Part shown: positions 29,748 to 38,437 of the stretch, piece by piece
How positions within the stretch are numbered: position 1 is the first letter of the stretch
How the letters are laid out: each line of letters opens with the position of its first letter
IMG/VR virus record: IMGVR_UViG_3300035681_000021
Span: 2,412-66,411 of that record
Direction: 5' to 3' (one strand)
Source: a virus
Length of the DNA stretch: 64,000 nt
Program-made: the position numbers and the translations under genes
The notes under the pieces: model-generated
Told to the model about the DNA's origin: nothing
Databases searched by the model: none
The model's input: only the letters and a program-made list of their open reading frames with translations

Positions 29748-30193
29748 GCTGCTTCTCCTTGTGTTAACTCTGTTGGTATCTCGACTTCATCACCCATCTT
29801 GGACGCAACATAGCAACGCATGGCTGCAATGAGGGGGGTGGGGCCACATACAAAGGCATCCCGATAGAGTTTTATTGATTCCTCCCCTATGCCGACTGCT
29901 TTATTTGCCCCTAATGTTGCCGCCCACAATCGCCGCCCCATATGCCCCGCTTTTTCGCGCACAATAAAAATGCTTTCCCTCTCAATAATCATCCCACCTT
30001 GTGCCCAGTTGGTTGATGGGCTAATAGGGTCACTGTGTAAACCCATGTCCCCACGAAAAACTCGCACTGTGCCGTTGAGCACGACTGGTATGGACTTGAA
30101 TGGTGCGGGCATGTCGCACTCGCACTTCACCACCGCCCAATCAAGGGCGGCTCCTGTCAGTTGGTTTGTTTTCATTTGTGTTTTTCTTTGCAT
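29735..30193 (-). CDS. DUF2591/NinX-like phage protein
   Basis: LTGAALDWAV, PSTNWAQGG-x-IIE, GPTPLIAAMRCYVAS. Confidence 0.75.
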   Translation of the reverse strand: MQRKTQMKTNQLTGAALDWAVVKCECDMPAPFKSIPVVLNGTVRVFRGDMGLHSDPISPSTNWAQGGMIIERESIFIVREKAGHMGRRLWAATLGANKAVGIGEESIKLYRDAFVCGPTPLIAAMRCYVASKMGDEVEIPTELTQGEAACLI

Positions 30194-30208
30194 GAGTGTT
30201 CCCTCCTC

Positions 30209-31096
30209 TTAGAAACTGAACTTACTTAAGATTGCGTCAACATTCTTCTTGACATCTTGACGCACAGCCTCGTTCTTGCGTAGCTCAGTTGGTGTGACAC
30301 CAACCAGTACTTGTTCGAGGTCACGACGCGCTGTCTCCAACGCGGTGTCGTTCACAATGTTGAGTGCCTTGGTCAGGTCACACAACTCCAACGCACCTTC
30401 TACCAAGGTGTCGTGGAAGCGACGGGGCTTCGCCTCACCTTGTACATAGTCAGTTGTCAGTCGGTCAGACATACGCTTGAGATGACTGCCAAGGCGTTCA
30501 CGCACATCTGCCATCGCATGGTCGATGCGTTCTTGTGTCAGTTTGTCGAGCTTGGCTTTCAACTCAGCCTGTGCGGCATTGCCCACATCTACGCGGAAGT
30601 CACCCGATGTAGGCACAGGCATGTAGTTAACACGAAACGAAAACTTGGTCATGATTTCGTTGGCGCTTGGGTAGTCATCTCTCTTGAACATGTCGCCCAG
30701 AGCCATAGCCTGCGCAGTAATCAGCGAGGGGTAGATTGCCACGAATGACTTGACTATCGCAGTGAACTCATGCTCGAAGTCATCCAGCTTTTCTGTGAAA
30801 GACATGAACGATGTGTTGGGCAATAAGCGCAGACCAGAGTCAGACCAAGGCGATGTCTTGTCATACACATACTGACGCGCACGACCGACAGCTTGCTGGA
30901 TAACCTCCAACTCTGTGCGACCTGCAAGCAGGTGTTTGTTGACACGCGCCGCATCCTTGGCGGCGGCGTGCTTGGTTGCTACAACCTCATCGGTTGTTGT
31001 CCTGTCCAGCTTGCGTGCTGTCCAGACAGAGGCGTTGAATTCAACGAGCATCGCGCATGTGTCGATGTTGTAACGGGGTGTAGTTGATGTGTTCAT
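30209..31096 (-). CDS. DUF3150-like helical protein
   Basis: WTARKLD...PW...G-x-RLLP...DYPS pattern; adjacent to AAA and vWA genes. Confidence 0.55.
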   Translation of the reverse strand: MNTSTTPRYNIDTCAMLVEFNASVWTARKLDRTTTDEVVATKHAAAKDAARVNKHLLAGRTELEVIQQAVGRARQYVYDKTSPWSDSGLRLLPNTSFMSFTEKLDDFEHEFTAIVKSFVAIYPSLITAQAMALGDMFKRDDYPSANEIMTKFSFRVNYMPVPTSGDFRVDVGNAAQAELKAKLDKLTQERIDHAMADVRERLGSHLKRMSDRLTTDYVQGEAKPRRFHDTLVEGALELCDLTKALNIVNDTALETARRDLEQVLVGVTPTELRKNEAVRQDVKKNVDAILSKFSF

Positions 31097-31120
31097 GTTG
31101 TGCTCTCCTTGGTTGATTGA

Positions 31121-32245
31121 TTACTTGTTACCGAAATAAATTTTGTGCTCGGACAACATCTTGCCGAAGTTGGCAATGGTTGCGAACACACCTACACGCT
31201 GAGATGTAGCGACGGTGTTGCAGAAGATTGACTGCATCTCTGCACGCATACGCCACACATACTCAGTGACTGCCTCAGCTTCTTCGCGTGTCTGTGCACG
31301 AGATACAAACTGGAAGACTTGAATCAACTGCGCGGTTGGGTTGTCAGACATCGGTGCCTTGGCAGGGTCAGCGATAACACGCGCATAGTCACAGATGTCA
31401 CGACCGAAGCGAACGAACGATGCCATTGCCTCGGCAGTAACGACACCGACAGTACCGATAAGTGCATGCTCGAGTGTGTCGTCGTCGAGTGTGTGCATGC
31501 CCTCGTCCAAGATGTCACCAGCGGCAACGAGGGAACGAGGCGTTGCATACGCAAGTTGTGTGGACTTGGGATTGAAGATGTGTGCGTTGTCTTTGGACAG
31601 CGTCTTACCCTCAAACTTGCCACCCTTCTCGTAGTCGAGGAACGAGTCCATGACCATTGGGTTGTTGTCAACGAATGCGATGACCATAGGATTGATACCC
31701 GCATCGGTAGCCCAACGCACCCACTCGACCGCAGTCGGCTTGCGCATCTTGACGAACACAAGACGATTGCGTAGGTGAGCTTGGATGGAATCGCCAAGAC
31801 CTTCGACCGAAAGATTGGTAGCGGCAAAGACAACGCTACCCTCGACGAAGTGATAGTTGCCAACGCGTTGCTCGTAGACGATAGGCGCAAGAACATTCTT
31901 GATGAACTGCGGTGCCTTGGCTATCTCATCTAAGAACGCCATGATAGGTTTGCCACCGTTAACGCCGCGCTGATTAGTCTTGGATACACCGAAGCGTTCA
32001 TTGGGAAGCTCACGCGACACGCCGTTCTCACGGTCAAGGTCAGGCATCCACACTGAACCATCGGACAACTGAGTGCAGTCGATGGGGTCAACGGCAATGT
32101 GATTGGCAAACTTAGGCAGACGCTTGAGTTGATGGAACAACGCAGTCTTGCCGATACCGTTCTCGCCCTCGACGATGACGGTACGCTTGTGACCCACAGC
32201 AGAGATGAGGTCAATGACTTGAGAAGAAGAGAGGTATTTATCCAT
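31121..32245 (-). CDS. MoxR-like AAA+ ATPase
   Basis: Walker A GENGIGKT, Walker B FLDE, sensor ATN, LRNR, TPRS. Confidence 0.88.
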   Translation of the reverse strand: MDKYLSSSQVIDLISAVGHKRTVIVEGENGIGKTALFHQLKRLPKFANHIAVDPIDCTQLSDGSVWMPDLDRENGVSRELPNERFGVSKTNQRGVNGGKPIMAFLDEIAKAPQFIKNVLAPIVYEQRVGNYHFVEGSVVFAATNLSVEGLGDSIQAHLRNRLVFVKMRKPTAVEWVRWATDAGINPMVIAFVDNNPMVMDSFLDYEKGGKFEGKTLSKDNAHIFNPKSTQLAYATPRSLVAAGDILDEGMHTLDDDTLEHALIGTVGVVTAEAMASFVRFGRDICDYARVIADPAKAPMSDNPTAQLIQVFQFVSRAQTREEAEAVTEYVWRMRAEMQSIFCNTVATSQRVGVFATIANFGKMLSEHKIYFGNK

Positions 32246-32266
32246 GATTACTTTCCTTTGTGTTTA

Positions 32267-33463
32267 TTAAAGATTGATATGCAAGACCTTGCCGTGAGTG
32301 GGAACGAACGAGTCGTTGTCCACCACACCCCACAGAGACGGCATCGGGGTGCTAGGCGTATCGCAACCGAGGTATCCATCGGTTAGCCACACGATTGCTT
32401 TGGCATCTATCTTGTGCTCACGAATGTAGTCGACAACAACTTGTGGAGTTGTGCCACCACCGCCTTGAGGTTTCAAGAGAGATGCAATCTGCTCATAGTC
32501 AGCAGGCTTGAACACTTGGTCACCGCACACTTCGTTGTCCCACCACAAGATACGAACAGCCTCGGGTTTTACTTGCGAGAGCATACGAGCAATCTCACCA
32601 AAGAGCAGACGATAGTGCGGATACATAGAGCCTGATGTATCAGGTGCAAGGATAAGCTCACCGACTGTCTCGTTGAAGTGTGAGGGCATGATGAAGCCAG
32701 ACGCAAGCAGTCGTTTGTTGGGAGGACAGAAGCGTGAGTTCTCGTCACCACTACACACAGACACAAGCCAGTCTTGCATGGATGGTATCCAGTTAGTCAT
32801 GCGTTCCTTGGCATGACCGAAGATGTCACGCCCGCCACCACCTTTGCCCGCCAACTTACGAGCAAGCATCTCGCCTTGACGATTGGCATCGTCAATCTGT
32901 TTGCCCAGCTTTTCTTTCTCATCATCGGCAAACTCGCCATCCTCATGTGCATCGATGGGTTCATCGTATCCGTGGTCATCGCTGTTGCCGCCCTCGCCAT
33001 CCTCGGGTTCCTTGCGTCCTTGTTTGATGAGGTCGTTGAGTACCTGAGGGAAAGACCAGCCGAAGTACTTGCGGTCAATCAGTAGCGTTTGTGTGGGGCG
33101 TTCAACGAATGTGAAGTTGGGGTCAAGCTCTTCGATGAGTGCGTTGACCACATAGTCCTGCGCGATGTTGCTGAGCTTAGGCATGCGCTTAATCTCTGCA
33201 CGATACAACACACAATGCTTGAGTGCAACATGGAAGTTCTCATGCAGTACTAGGTAGCGCAGTTGCTTGCGGTTGAGTGGCGCGATGAAAGTAGAACCGT
33301 ACTTCTTGTCACGCCCGTTAGTGGATGCGGTAGGCACCTTGTCTGATACCTCAGACTTGCCCATACATATCACACCGCTGAGCAATGCAAACCGATGGTC
33401 ACGCATGCAGTCGATGTTGCACGCCTGAACCCGTTGGTTGAGGGTCATCTTCTCGAAAGTCAT
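32267..33463 (-). CDS. DUF2201-type metallopeptidase plus vWA protein
   Basis: TASTNG, LHENFHVALKH, MIDAS DTSGS, GGGGT, LTDGY. Confidence 0.85.
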   Translation of the reverse strand: MTFEKMTLNQRVQACNIDCMRDHRFALLSGVICMGKSEVSDKVPTASTNGRDKKYGSTFIAPLNRKQLRYLVLHENFHVALKHCVLYRAEIKRMPKLSNIAQDYVVNALIEELDPNFTFVERPTQTLLIDRKYFGWSFPQVLNDLIKQGRKEPEDGEGGNSDDHGYDEPIDAHEDGEFADDEKEKLGKQIDDANRQGEMLARKLAGKGGGGRDIFGHAKERMTNWIPSMQDWLVSVCSGDENSRFCPPNKRLLASGFIMPSHFNETVGELILAPDTSGSMYPHYRLLFGEIARMLSQVKPEAVRILWWDNEVCGDQVFKPADYEQIASLLKPQGGGGTTPQVVVDYIREHKIDAKAIVWLTDGYLGCDTPSTPMPSLWGVVDNDSFVPTHGKVLHINL

Positions 33464-33491
33464 TTGCTTCTCCTGTTTAGTGTTTGTACAA

Positions 33492-33519
33492 TTCTAGCAT
33501 GCCTGTCAAAGGTTTGACA
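33492..33519 (-). promoter_or_regulatory. Leftward extended -10 promoter (TGcTAGAAT) overlapped by a 16-bp palindrome
   Basis: TGTCAAAGGTTTGACA at 33504-33519 inside the longer inverted repeat GCCTGTCAAA/TTTGACAGGC. Confidence 0.55.
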
Positions 33520-33540
33520 GGCTTAGATTGCTAGGGGTTT

Positions 33541-34500
33541 TTACCAGTGCACATTACTGCGCGGGTAATCTTTCTCCACAACAAATTGTGGAATAGTCTG
33601 CTTGACCGACTTCTTGTCCAAGTCCAGCGCCTTGAGGATGCGGGTCGACACCGTTTTGCGTAGGTCTTCTGCGGTGATGGGCTTGTCCAGTTTGTCGATG
33701 CTGTCGTTCTGGTTATTTCTCCATGCGTAGTCAAGCGTGAAGCCCTTTTGGTCGTATGCACGCTTGGATGCCAACACATTCACCGCGTCTTGACACATCT
33801 CAAAGAAATCATCAACCATTGATTGCGGTGGTGGGTCGTAGTGCGCTATTGCCTCGACTGCTTCACGATAGTGGTATGTCTGCATACCGCTGCCCCACGG
33901 ACGACCTTTGCCGTTGCTCAGCTCTGCGCTTGCAACAAACTCAGGCAGTCGCATCTGTGCAAGCATGATGAAGTTATCGAACCGCTTGAGTATCTCTGCG
34001 CGTGCCGCCTTGTCATCGTTGCCCGACACCATTCTGTAATGTGGTGTGTGGACTGAATGCGCGGGGTCGAGGAACCCATCAACGAATATGAAGTCAGCGC
34101 TGAAGCTAACGCCGTCGTTGTGTAAGGATGACCTGTTGTAGATGGGTGCCACCACTTTCGTGCCATCAGCAAGCTCTGTTGTGTGACTTCTTGATACGCC
34201 AAGGACATGGTACATAAAGTCTCTGCTGGTAATTAAGTTGTCACCCATGTACAAGCGGCGTTCATGTTTCTTGCCGTCGACCATCGTGGGTTCGTAGTAC
34301 CTTGCCATCACTGTGTTGTACAGAACGACATCGTAATACTCGGGGTGCTTGACCACGCGGTAGTGGTGGTAGGTCTTGTACAATGGGCGTTCGTTCTCTG
34401 CCCACTTCTTACTGCGTACTGCGCCGCGCTTGTTGAACACTGATGTTGCTTCAGTGTAGTTGCGTACCCAAGATATGTGTCTTGTTGTGTTTCCAAACAT
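33541..34500 (-). CDS. Hypothetical early protein
   Basis: 319-aa ORF with RBS AGGAG. Confidence 0.75.
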   Translation of the reverse strand: MFGNTTRHISWVRNYTEATSVFNKRGAVRSKKWAENERPLYKTYHHYRVVKHPEYYDVVLYNTVMARYYEPTMVDGKKHERRLYMGDNLITSRDFMYHVLGVSRSHTTELADGTKVVAPIYNRSSLHNDGVSFSADFIFVDGFLDPAHSVHTPHYRMVSGNDDKAARAEILKRFDNFIMLAQMRLPEFVASAELSNGKGRPWGSGMQTYHYREAVEAIAHYDPPPQSMVDDFFEMCQDAVNVLASKRAYDQKGFTLDYAWRNNQNDSIDKLDKPITAEDLRKTVSTRILKALDLDKKSVKQTIPQFVVEKDYPRSNVHW

Positions 34501-34505
34501 GTTGC

Positions 34506-34904
34506 TTACTCCTGTGTTGTTGATTTGATTGCGGGGAATTCGGTGTTGACTGAGTGCGATGCGTAGATGTAGTCCCAGAGCATGTAGTTGTTGTCGTCGG
34601 GACTCTCATGTATTTCTTCTGCACCATCCTCACCCACTTGTACTCTTCGCCAGCTTGCTTCTTTGTAAAGCTCGACTGCCCAATCTAGCATTGCATGGTG
34701 TGCTTTCACATCATCGTAGCTGTCGTACCACTTCACATCCTCTGCTTCAAATGTGATGATTGGTTCTTCGTACCGCACTTCGCACTCATTAATTGCATTT
34801 GTCCAATGCTCATCGTTGCGATGCTTGACTAACTCAACGAATGTGTCTCGCTGGTCTGTTGTATCAAAGCGTATGACATACGCTACTTGTGACCTGTATC
34901 CCAT
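34506..34904 (-). CDS. Hypothetical early protein
   Basis: MGYRSQVAY...VKWY...RVQVGED pattern. Confidence 0.7.
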   Translation of the reverse strand: MGYRSQVAYVIRFDTTDQRDTFVELVKHRNDEHWTNAINECEVRYEEPIITFEAEDVKWYDSYDDVKAHHAMLDWAVELYKEASWRRVQVGEDGAEEIHESPDDNNYMLWDYIYASHSVNTEFPAIKSTTQE

Positions 34905-35565
34905 CTTCTATCTCCCCTTTGTTGTTGAATCTCCAGCCATTGATGTATATGAGGTCTTTGAATGCTTCCTCACTCGTGTAGCCCTCATACTCCTGCCTCA
35001 AAGCGTCATAGATTTCATCGGCGTATTCTTTTGCCCGACTAATCGCAAACTCTTCAAGCTCGCATACCAAGCGTTCGGTGTCGATTGCTTGGTCTAACTC
35101 ATGCACCAACGCACCTTGCAAGATGCCGTGCTCAAGTAAATCGCCGTTGTCCTCACCCAGAGATGCAAAGCACTTGATGCCGTCGTAGCTCATCGACCCT
35201 GAGTGGTTGTAGTAGAACGACCTGCGTTGCACGCCCATCGTTGGTTCTACCCATTGATTGCGTATAAGCTCGACCAGTACTGTGTACCTTGAGAACTCAG
35301 GATGTTCGTGTGTGACGAAGTGCTCAATGAACGGCATGAGTTGTACACACCCTGTCCACGAAGCACCATCGCCTTGAGAAGAAAACCCGCTGAATTGAAT
35401 TTCATCAATGCTGAAACCTTTAGCGAAGCCCTCTTCTTTGAAGCGTTCGTACACACACTCGTACCAATCATCAGGCGGTTCGCCATACAGGCGTATGGCG
35501 TTGTCCTTTGCTTGTTGTGATAGGTCTTCAAATTCCACGGTTTCTGTCCCACACAACGCGCACAT
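34864..35565 (-). CDS. Conserved acidic protein of mobile elements (start uncertain)
   Basis: DWYECVYE...FSGFSSQGDGASW...EYEGYTSEE motif. Confidence 0.65.
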   Translation of the reverse strand: MCALCGTETVEFEDLSQQAKDNAIRLYGEPPDDWYECVYERFKEEGFAKGFSIDEIQFSGFSSQGDGASWTGCVQLMPFIEHFVTHEHPEFSRYTVLVELIRNQWVEPTMGVQRRSFYYNHSGSMSYDGIKCFASLGEDNGDLLEHGILQGALVHELDQAIDTERLVCELEEFAISRAKEYADEIYDALRQEYEGYTSEEAFKDLIYINGWRFNNKGEIEDGIQVTSSVCHTL

Positions 35566-36157
35566 TCCATTCCTCCATTTCTTTGTGTATTGCTTTCTCA
35601 ACATACTCGTCTATCACTTTGTTCAATGCCTCCTTCAGTTTCTTGTCAAGTATCTCTTCCATAGTTTCAATAATCATCTCCTCCACACGGCTTGCGTCAG
35701 GATAGTCGTTGCTGTCCAAGTACATCTCTATCTTGTCGTCAACATCGTACGCATCAAACTTGTCATCGAAGTCATAGTCTGTGATTGCGTCGTGTATCTG
35801 GTCGCTGATGTCTGTGTCACGAATTTCTCTGCGTACTTGCTCTGTGATGATGTCGTCGACGATTTCTCTAACGCTGTCTTGCGTCAGGTGTTCCTCTGTG
35901 TCGTTGTGTTCATCTATTGATTCTTCTGTGATGTCTTTGATTGCCTCCCTGAACGACTCGTCGATGTACTTCACAGCACTATGAGCTTCGAGCACGGCGC
36001 TGACCTTCTCGTTGACTTGGGTATCAATGTGCTCATTGATAGCGTGCAGTAGTGTGTGTATGAGAGTTGGCTTGGGCTGAGGCGTTGGGGCTACCTCGGG
36101 GGTGAGCTGTGTTGCTTGTTCCAACGCTTGTGTTTCTGGTTGAGTGATTTGATTCAT
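35528..36157 (-). CDS. Highly acidic helical protein
   Basis: 209 aa, very D/E-rich; RBS AAGGA. Confidence 0.7.
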   Translation of the reverse strand: MNQITQPETQALEQATQLTPEVAPTPQPKPTLIHTLLHAINEHIDTQVNEKVSAVLEAHSAVKYIDESFREAIKDITEESIDEHNDTEEHLTQDSVREIVDDIITEQVRREIRDTDISDQIHDAITDYDFDDKFDAYDVDDKIEMYLDSNDYPDASRVEEMIIETMEEILDKKLKEALNKVIDEYVEKAIHKEMEEWNVRVVWDRNRGI

Positions 36158-36202
36158 GATTGCTTTCCTTTTTAAAATGTTGGTGAAGCGCACCAACGAC
36201 GC

Positions 36203-36229
36203 AACTGGCAGACACCATGTCTGCGAGTT
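36203..36229. repeat. 27-bp palindrome, copy 1
   Basis: AACTGGCAGACA-CCA-TGTCTGCGAGTT. Confidence 0.9.
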
Positions 36230-36258
36230 TTTCTACGAAAAAGAGGTATGAGTGTTCC

Positions 36259-36342
36259 CTACGCTATGCGCCATGCGAATAGGTCGAGGAGGAGGACTAC
36301 GAGTGCGGCTGTGTACACAAGTACAAAGGTGAGGTTGGTCAT
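36259..36342 (-). CDS. 27-aa membrane peptide (not in ORF track)
   Basis: MTNLTFVLVYTAALVVLLLDLFAWRIA; AAGGA RBS. Confidence 0.45.
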   Translation of the reverse strand: MTNLTFVLVYTAALVVLLLDLFAWRIA

Positions 36343-36370
36343 GTTGTTAGTCTTTCCTTGGGTGTGTATT

Positions 36371-36604
36371 TCATTCTTCTAACTCCCTGAATTTAAATGG
36401 CACATTTACTTTACTCAACATGTTGCCCTCACAATCAAAGACAACCATATTGAAGAACCCCAGTTCTTGGCGTATGTGTACATAGCCGATGTCTTTTGTG
36501 ACTTCGTGGTGCGCGTCGCTGTACACATCAAACTTGATAACGACTGAATCGTCATTGAGTCTGTCTGTACGCAAGGCAATGCGTTCATAGCTTTTCAATT
36601 TCAT
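36371..36604 (-). CDS. Hypothetical protein
   Basis: MKLKSYE start after AGGAGAAGCAGA. Confidence 0.6.
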   Translation of the reverse strand: MKLKSYERIALRTDRLNDDSVVIKFDVYSDAHHEVTKDIGYVHIRQELGFFNMVVFDCEGNMLSKVNVPFKFRELEE

Positions 36605-36753
36605 TCTGCTTCTCCTTGATAACACCAAACATCCTGTTGCAAAGCATCAGGTTCGTATTCGCCATTGGCAATTTCCAACAGCATGGACACCAGCGTGTCC
36701 ATAGTCACATCACTTCCCAGCCATGCGACCAGTTGTTCTCTTGTTACTTTCAT
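36601..36753 (-). CDS. 50-aa hypothetical protein (not in ORF track)
   Basis: MKVTREQLVAWLGSD...QGEAE; ATGA-coupled on both sides. Confidence 0.6.
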   Translation of the reverse strand: MKVTREQLVAWLGSDVTMDTLVSMLLEIANGEYEPDALQQDVWCYQGEAE

Positions 36754-36896
36754 TCTGCTTCTCCCTCAATAGTTCTGATTGCTTCTTCAATGGCGGCTAT
36801 GCCATCGTCCTTGTTGCCCTTTGTCAGGTCGTACAGGGCGGCGTTGAGAATCTCCCACACCAGTTGTGCGGTGCGTGCGTCTATGTCTTTAATCAT
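36750..36896 (-). CDS. 48-aa hypothetical protein
   Basis: MIKDIDART...EGEAE; RBS GGAG. Confidence 0.6.
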   Translation of the reverse strand: MIKDIDARTAQLVWEILNAALYDLTKGNKDDGIAAIEEAIRTIEGEAE

Positions 36897-36922
36897 TCTT
36901 CTCTCCCAAAGTTGTTTGTACA

Positions 36923-36949
36923 AACTAGCAGACACCATGTCTGCCAGTT
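36923..36949. repeat. 27-bp palindrome, copy 2
   Basis: AACTAGCAGACA-CCA-TGTCTGCCAGTT. Confidence 0.9.
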
Positions 36950-37586
36950 ACTTACGCCGAGCCAGTAGCTCGGGCACTTTCATGCGTTCCTTCTCCTCCT
37001 TTCCTATGCTCATCCACCTGTCACGCAAGGACTCGACTCCGAAGTCGGACACCAAGTCCCACCAATCTTTCTTAATCCTTTTGTACTTGTGCGGGTCTGC
37101 CTCAAAGTCGAGCATGATGCGCCCCATCTCTTTCTTCAGCACCCGCACATACTTATCCAACAACCCTGCATACACATCGTTGCCCGCTTCATGGGCGTAG
37201 CGTAGCTGTGCATTTATCTTTCTGATTTCATATGTCATTGGTGCAAGGGTTTCTTTGAGTTGTCTGCGCCATTGGTCAACCCACGCTTCGTATCTCGCCT
37301 TGCTCATGATGAGCCGCGCCATGCGTTTGCGTTCGTCCAGTATCAGCTTTGCTTTCACTTCGCTTATGTCACCACTCACCATCATGTTGTGCAGTTGCTT
37401 GGGTGTCTGCTTGCGTGGGGGTGTGCGCTTGGGTTGGCAGTCCTTGCAGTTCTTTGAGCTGATGGTCATGAGTACCTCACCTTTCATACCCCGTGCTTGC
37501 ATTTGGGCACGAGATAGTCGGCGTTTGAATTGTGCAAGGGGCTTGTCTGCCCCACATTTGGCACATTTTTTGTAGTCCTTTTGCAT
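36948..37586 (-). CDS. Basic protein with CxxC...CxxC zinc finger
   Basis: KKCAKC...NCKDC; start reassigned to MQKDY. Confidence 0.7.
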   Translation of the reverse strand: MQKDYKKCAKCGADKPLAQFKRRLSRAQMQARGMKGEVLMTISSKNCKDCQPKRTPPRKQTPKQLHNMMVSGDISEVKAKLILDERKRMARLIMSKARYEAWVDQWRRQLKETLAPMTYEIRKINAQLRYAHEAGNDVYAGLLDKYVRVLKKEMGRIMLDFEADPHKYKRIKKDWWDLVSDFGVESLRDRWMSIGKEEKERMKVPELLARRK

Positions 37587-37634
37587 GAGAAAGACCTTTC
37601 CTTTTAGTGGGAGATACCCACTTGTTGCTCGACG

Positions 37635-37924
37635 ATACCCACCATTTTGCGTACTTGGACACTCTAGTGGGTGCGGTGTTTTACCAGTAAACATCGAGGA
37701 TTGTAGAGCACCATCCCCACATACCTACCCAGTTTCCAGAGAACACAAACCTTTTTTCTTTTTTTCAAAGCAAACCACACCCACTTGCCCGTATATATAT
37801 ATATCTATCTTTTAATCTCTTATATATATATAGGTATTGTGGGCTGGACATTGCTTGAAGCCCCGCCAACGCTGGAAGAATTGCGCACCCAGTAGTGTGT
37901 CCAGTTGCGCAGAATGGTGGGTAT
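37635..37924. repeat. Long imperfect inverted repeat around an AT-rich core (origin candidate)
   Basis: Arms 37635-37675 and 37884-37924 match at 35/41; (TA)n tracts at about 37792-37832. Confidence 0.7.
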
Positions 37925-37999
37925 GATACCCACTACTGTATATAAACACAGTAGAAGGATTAGTTACTGTATGTTCATGCAGCTTTTTGTTATTTTTTG

Positions 38000-38026
38000 A
38001 ACTGGCAGACATCGTGTCTGCCAGTT
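38000..38026. repeat. 27-bp palindrome, copy 3 (perfect arms)
   Basis: AACTGGCAGACA-TCG-TGTCTGCCAGTT. Confidence 0.9.
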
Positions 38027-38035
38027 TGCCTGTTG

Positions 38036-38218
38036 TCAGAGGAGTTTGAGTTGTGTGCATTGAGCCTTTACTTTTTGCCAGTCTTCTTCCCAGACATACC
38101 AGTCCCACCTTGCCTGTCGCAAGGCTTCGGCACGCCTTGGGTCTTTGCGCCTGAGTTCCTCATCGGCTTTGAGTTGCGCCTTGAGGGCGCTGAGTTTGGC
38201 TTTGATTGCGGGTTTCAT
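38036..38218 (-). CDS. Small early protein
   Basis: 60 aa; RBS AAGGA. Confidence 0.6.
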   Translation of the reverse strand: MKPAIKAKLSALKAQLKADEELRRKDPRRAEALRQARWDWYVWEEDWQKVKAQCTQLKLL

Positions 38219-38229
38219 TGGGCTTCCTT

Positions 38230-38337
38230 TCAGACAAACAGATACCAGACGGGAGAGAATGTGCGCTTGCAGGCAATAGCCATGCGGTATTCGTGCGCAA
38301 GGATTTGACGGATTTCTTTGAGTTGAGCTTTAGTCAT
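38230..38337 (-). CDS. 35-aa early peptide (not in ORF track)
   Basis: MTKAQLKEIRQILAHEYRMAIACKRTFSPVWYLFV; GGAAAGCA RBS. Confidence 0.45.
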   Translation of the reverse strand: MTKAQLKEIRQILAHEYRMAIACKRTFSPVWYLFV

Positions 38338-38363
38338 GATGCTTTCCAGTTAAGTTGATTGAC

Positions 38364-38403
38364 AAAGAAAAGAACAGCGGTGGGACGAGACATCCACACC
38401 GCT
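38364..38403 (-). terminator. Putative intrinsic terminator
   Basis: Minus strand AGCGGTG...CACCGCT followed by GTTCTTTTCTTT. Confidence 0.45.
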
Positions 38404-38410
38404 TTGAAAA

Positions 38411-38437
38411 AACTCGCAGACAAGATGTCTGCCAGTT
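38411..38437. repeat. 27-bp palindrome, copy 4
   Basis: AACTCGCAGACA-AGA-TGTCTGCCAGTT, abutting a stop codon. Confidence 0.9.
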
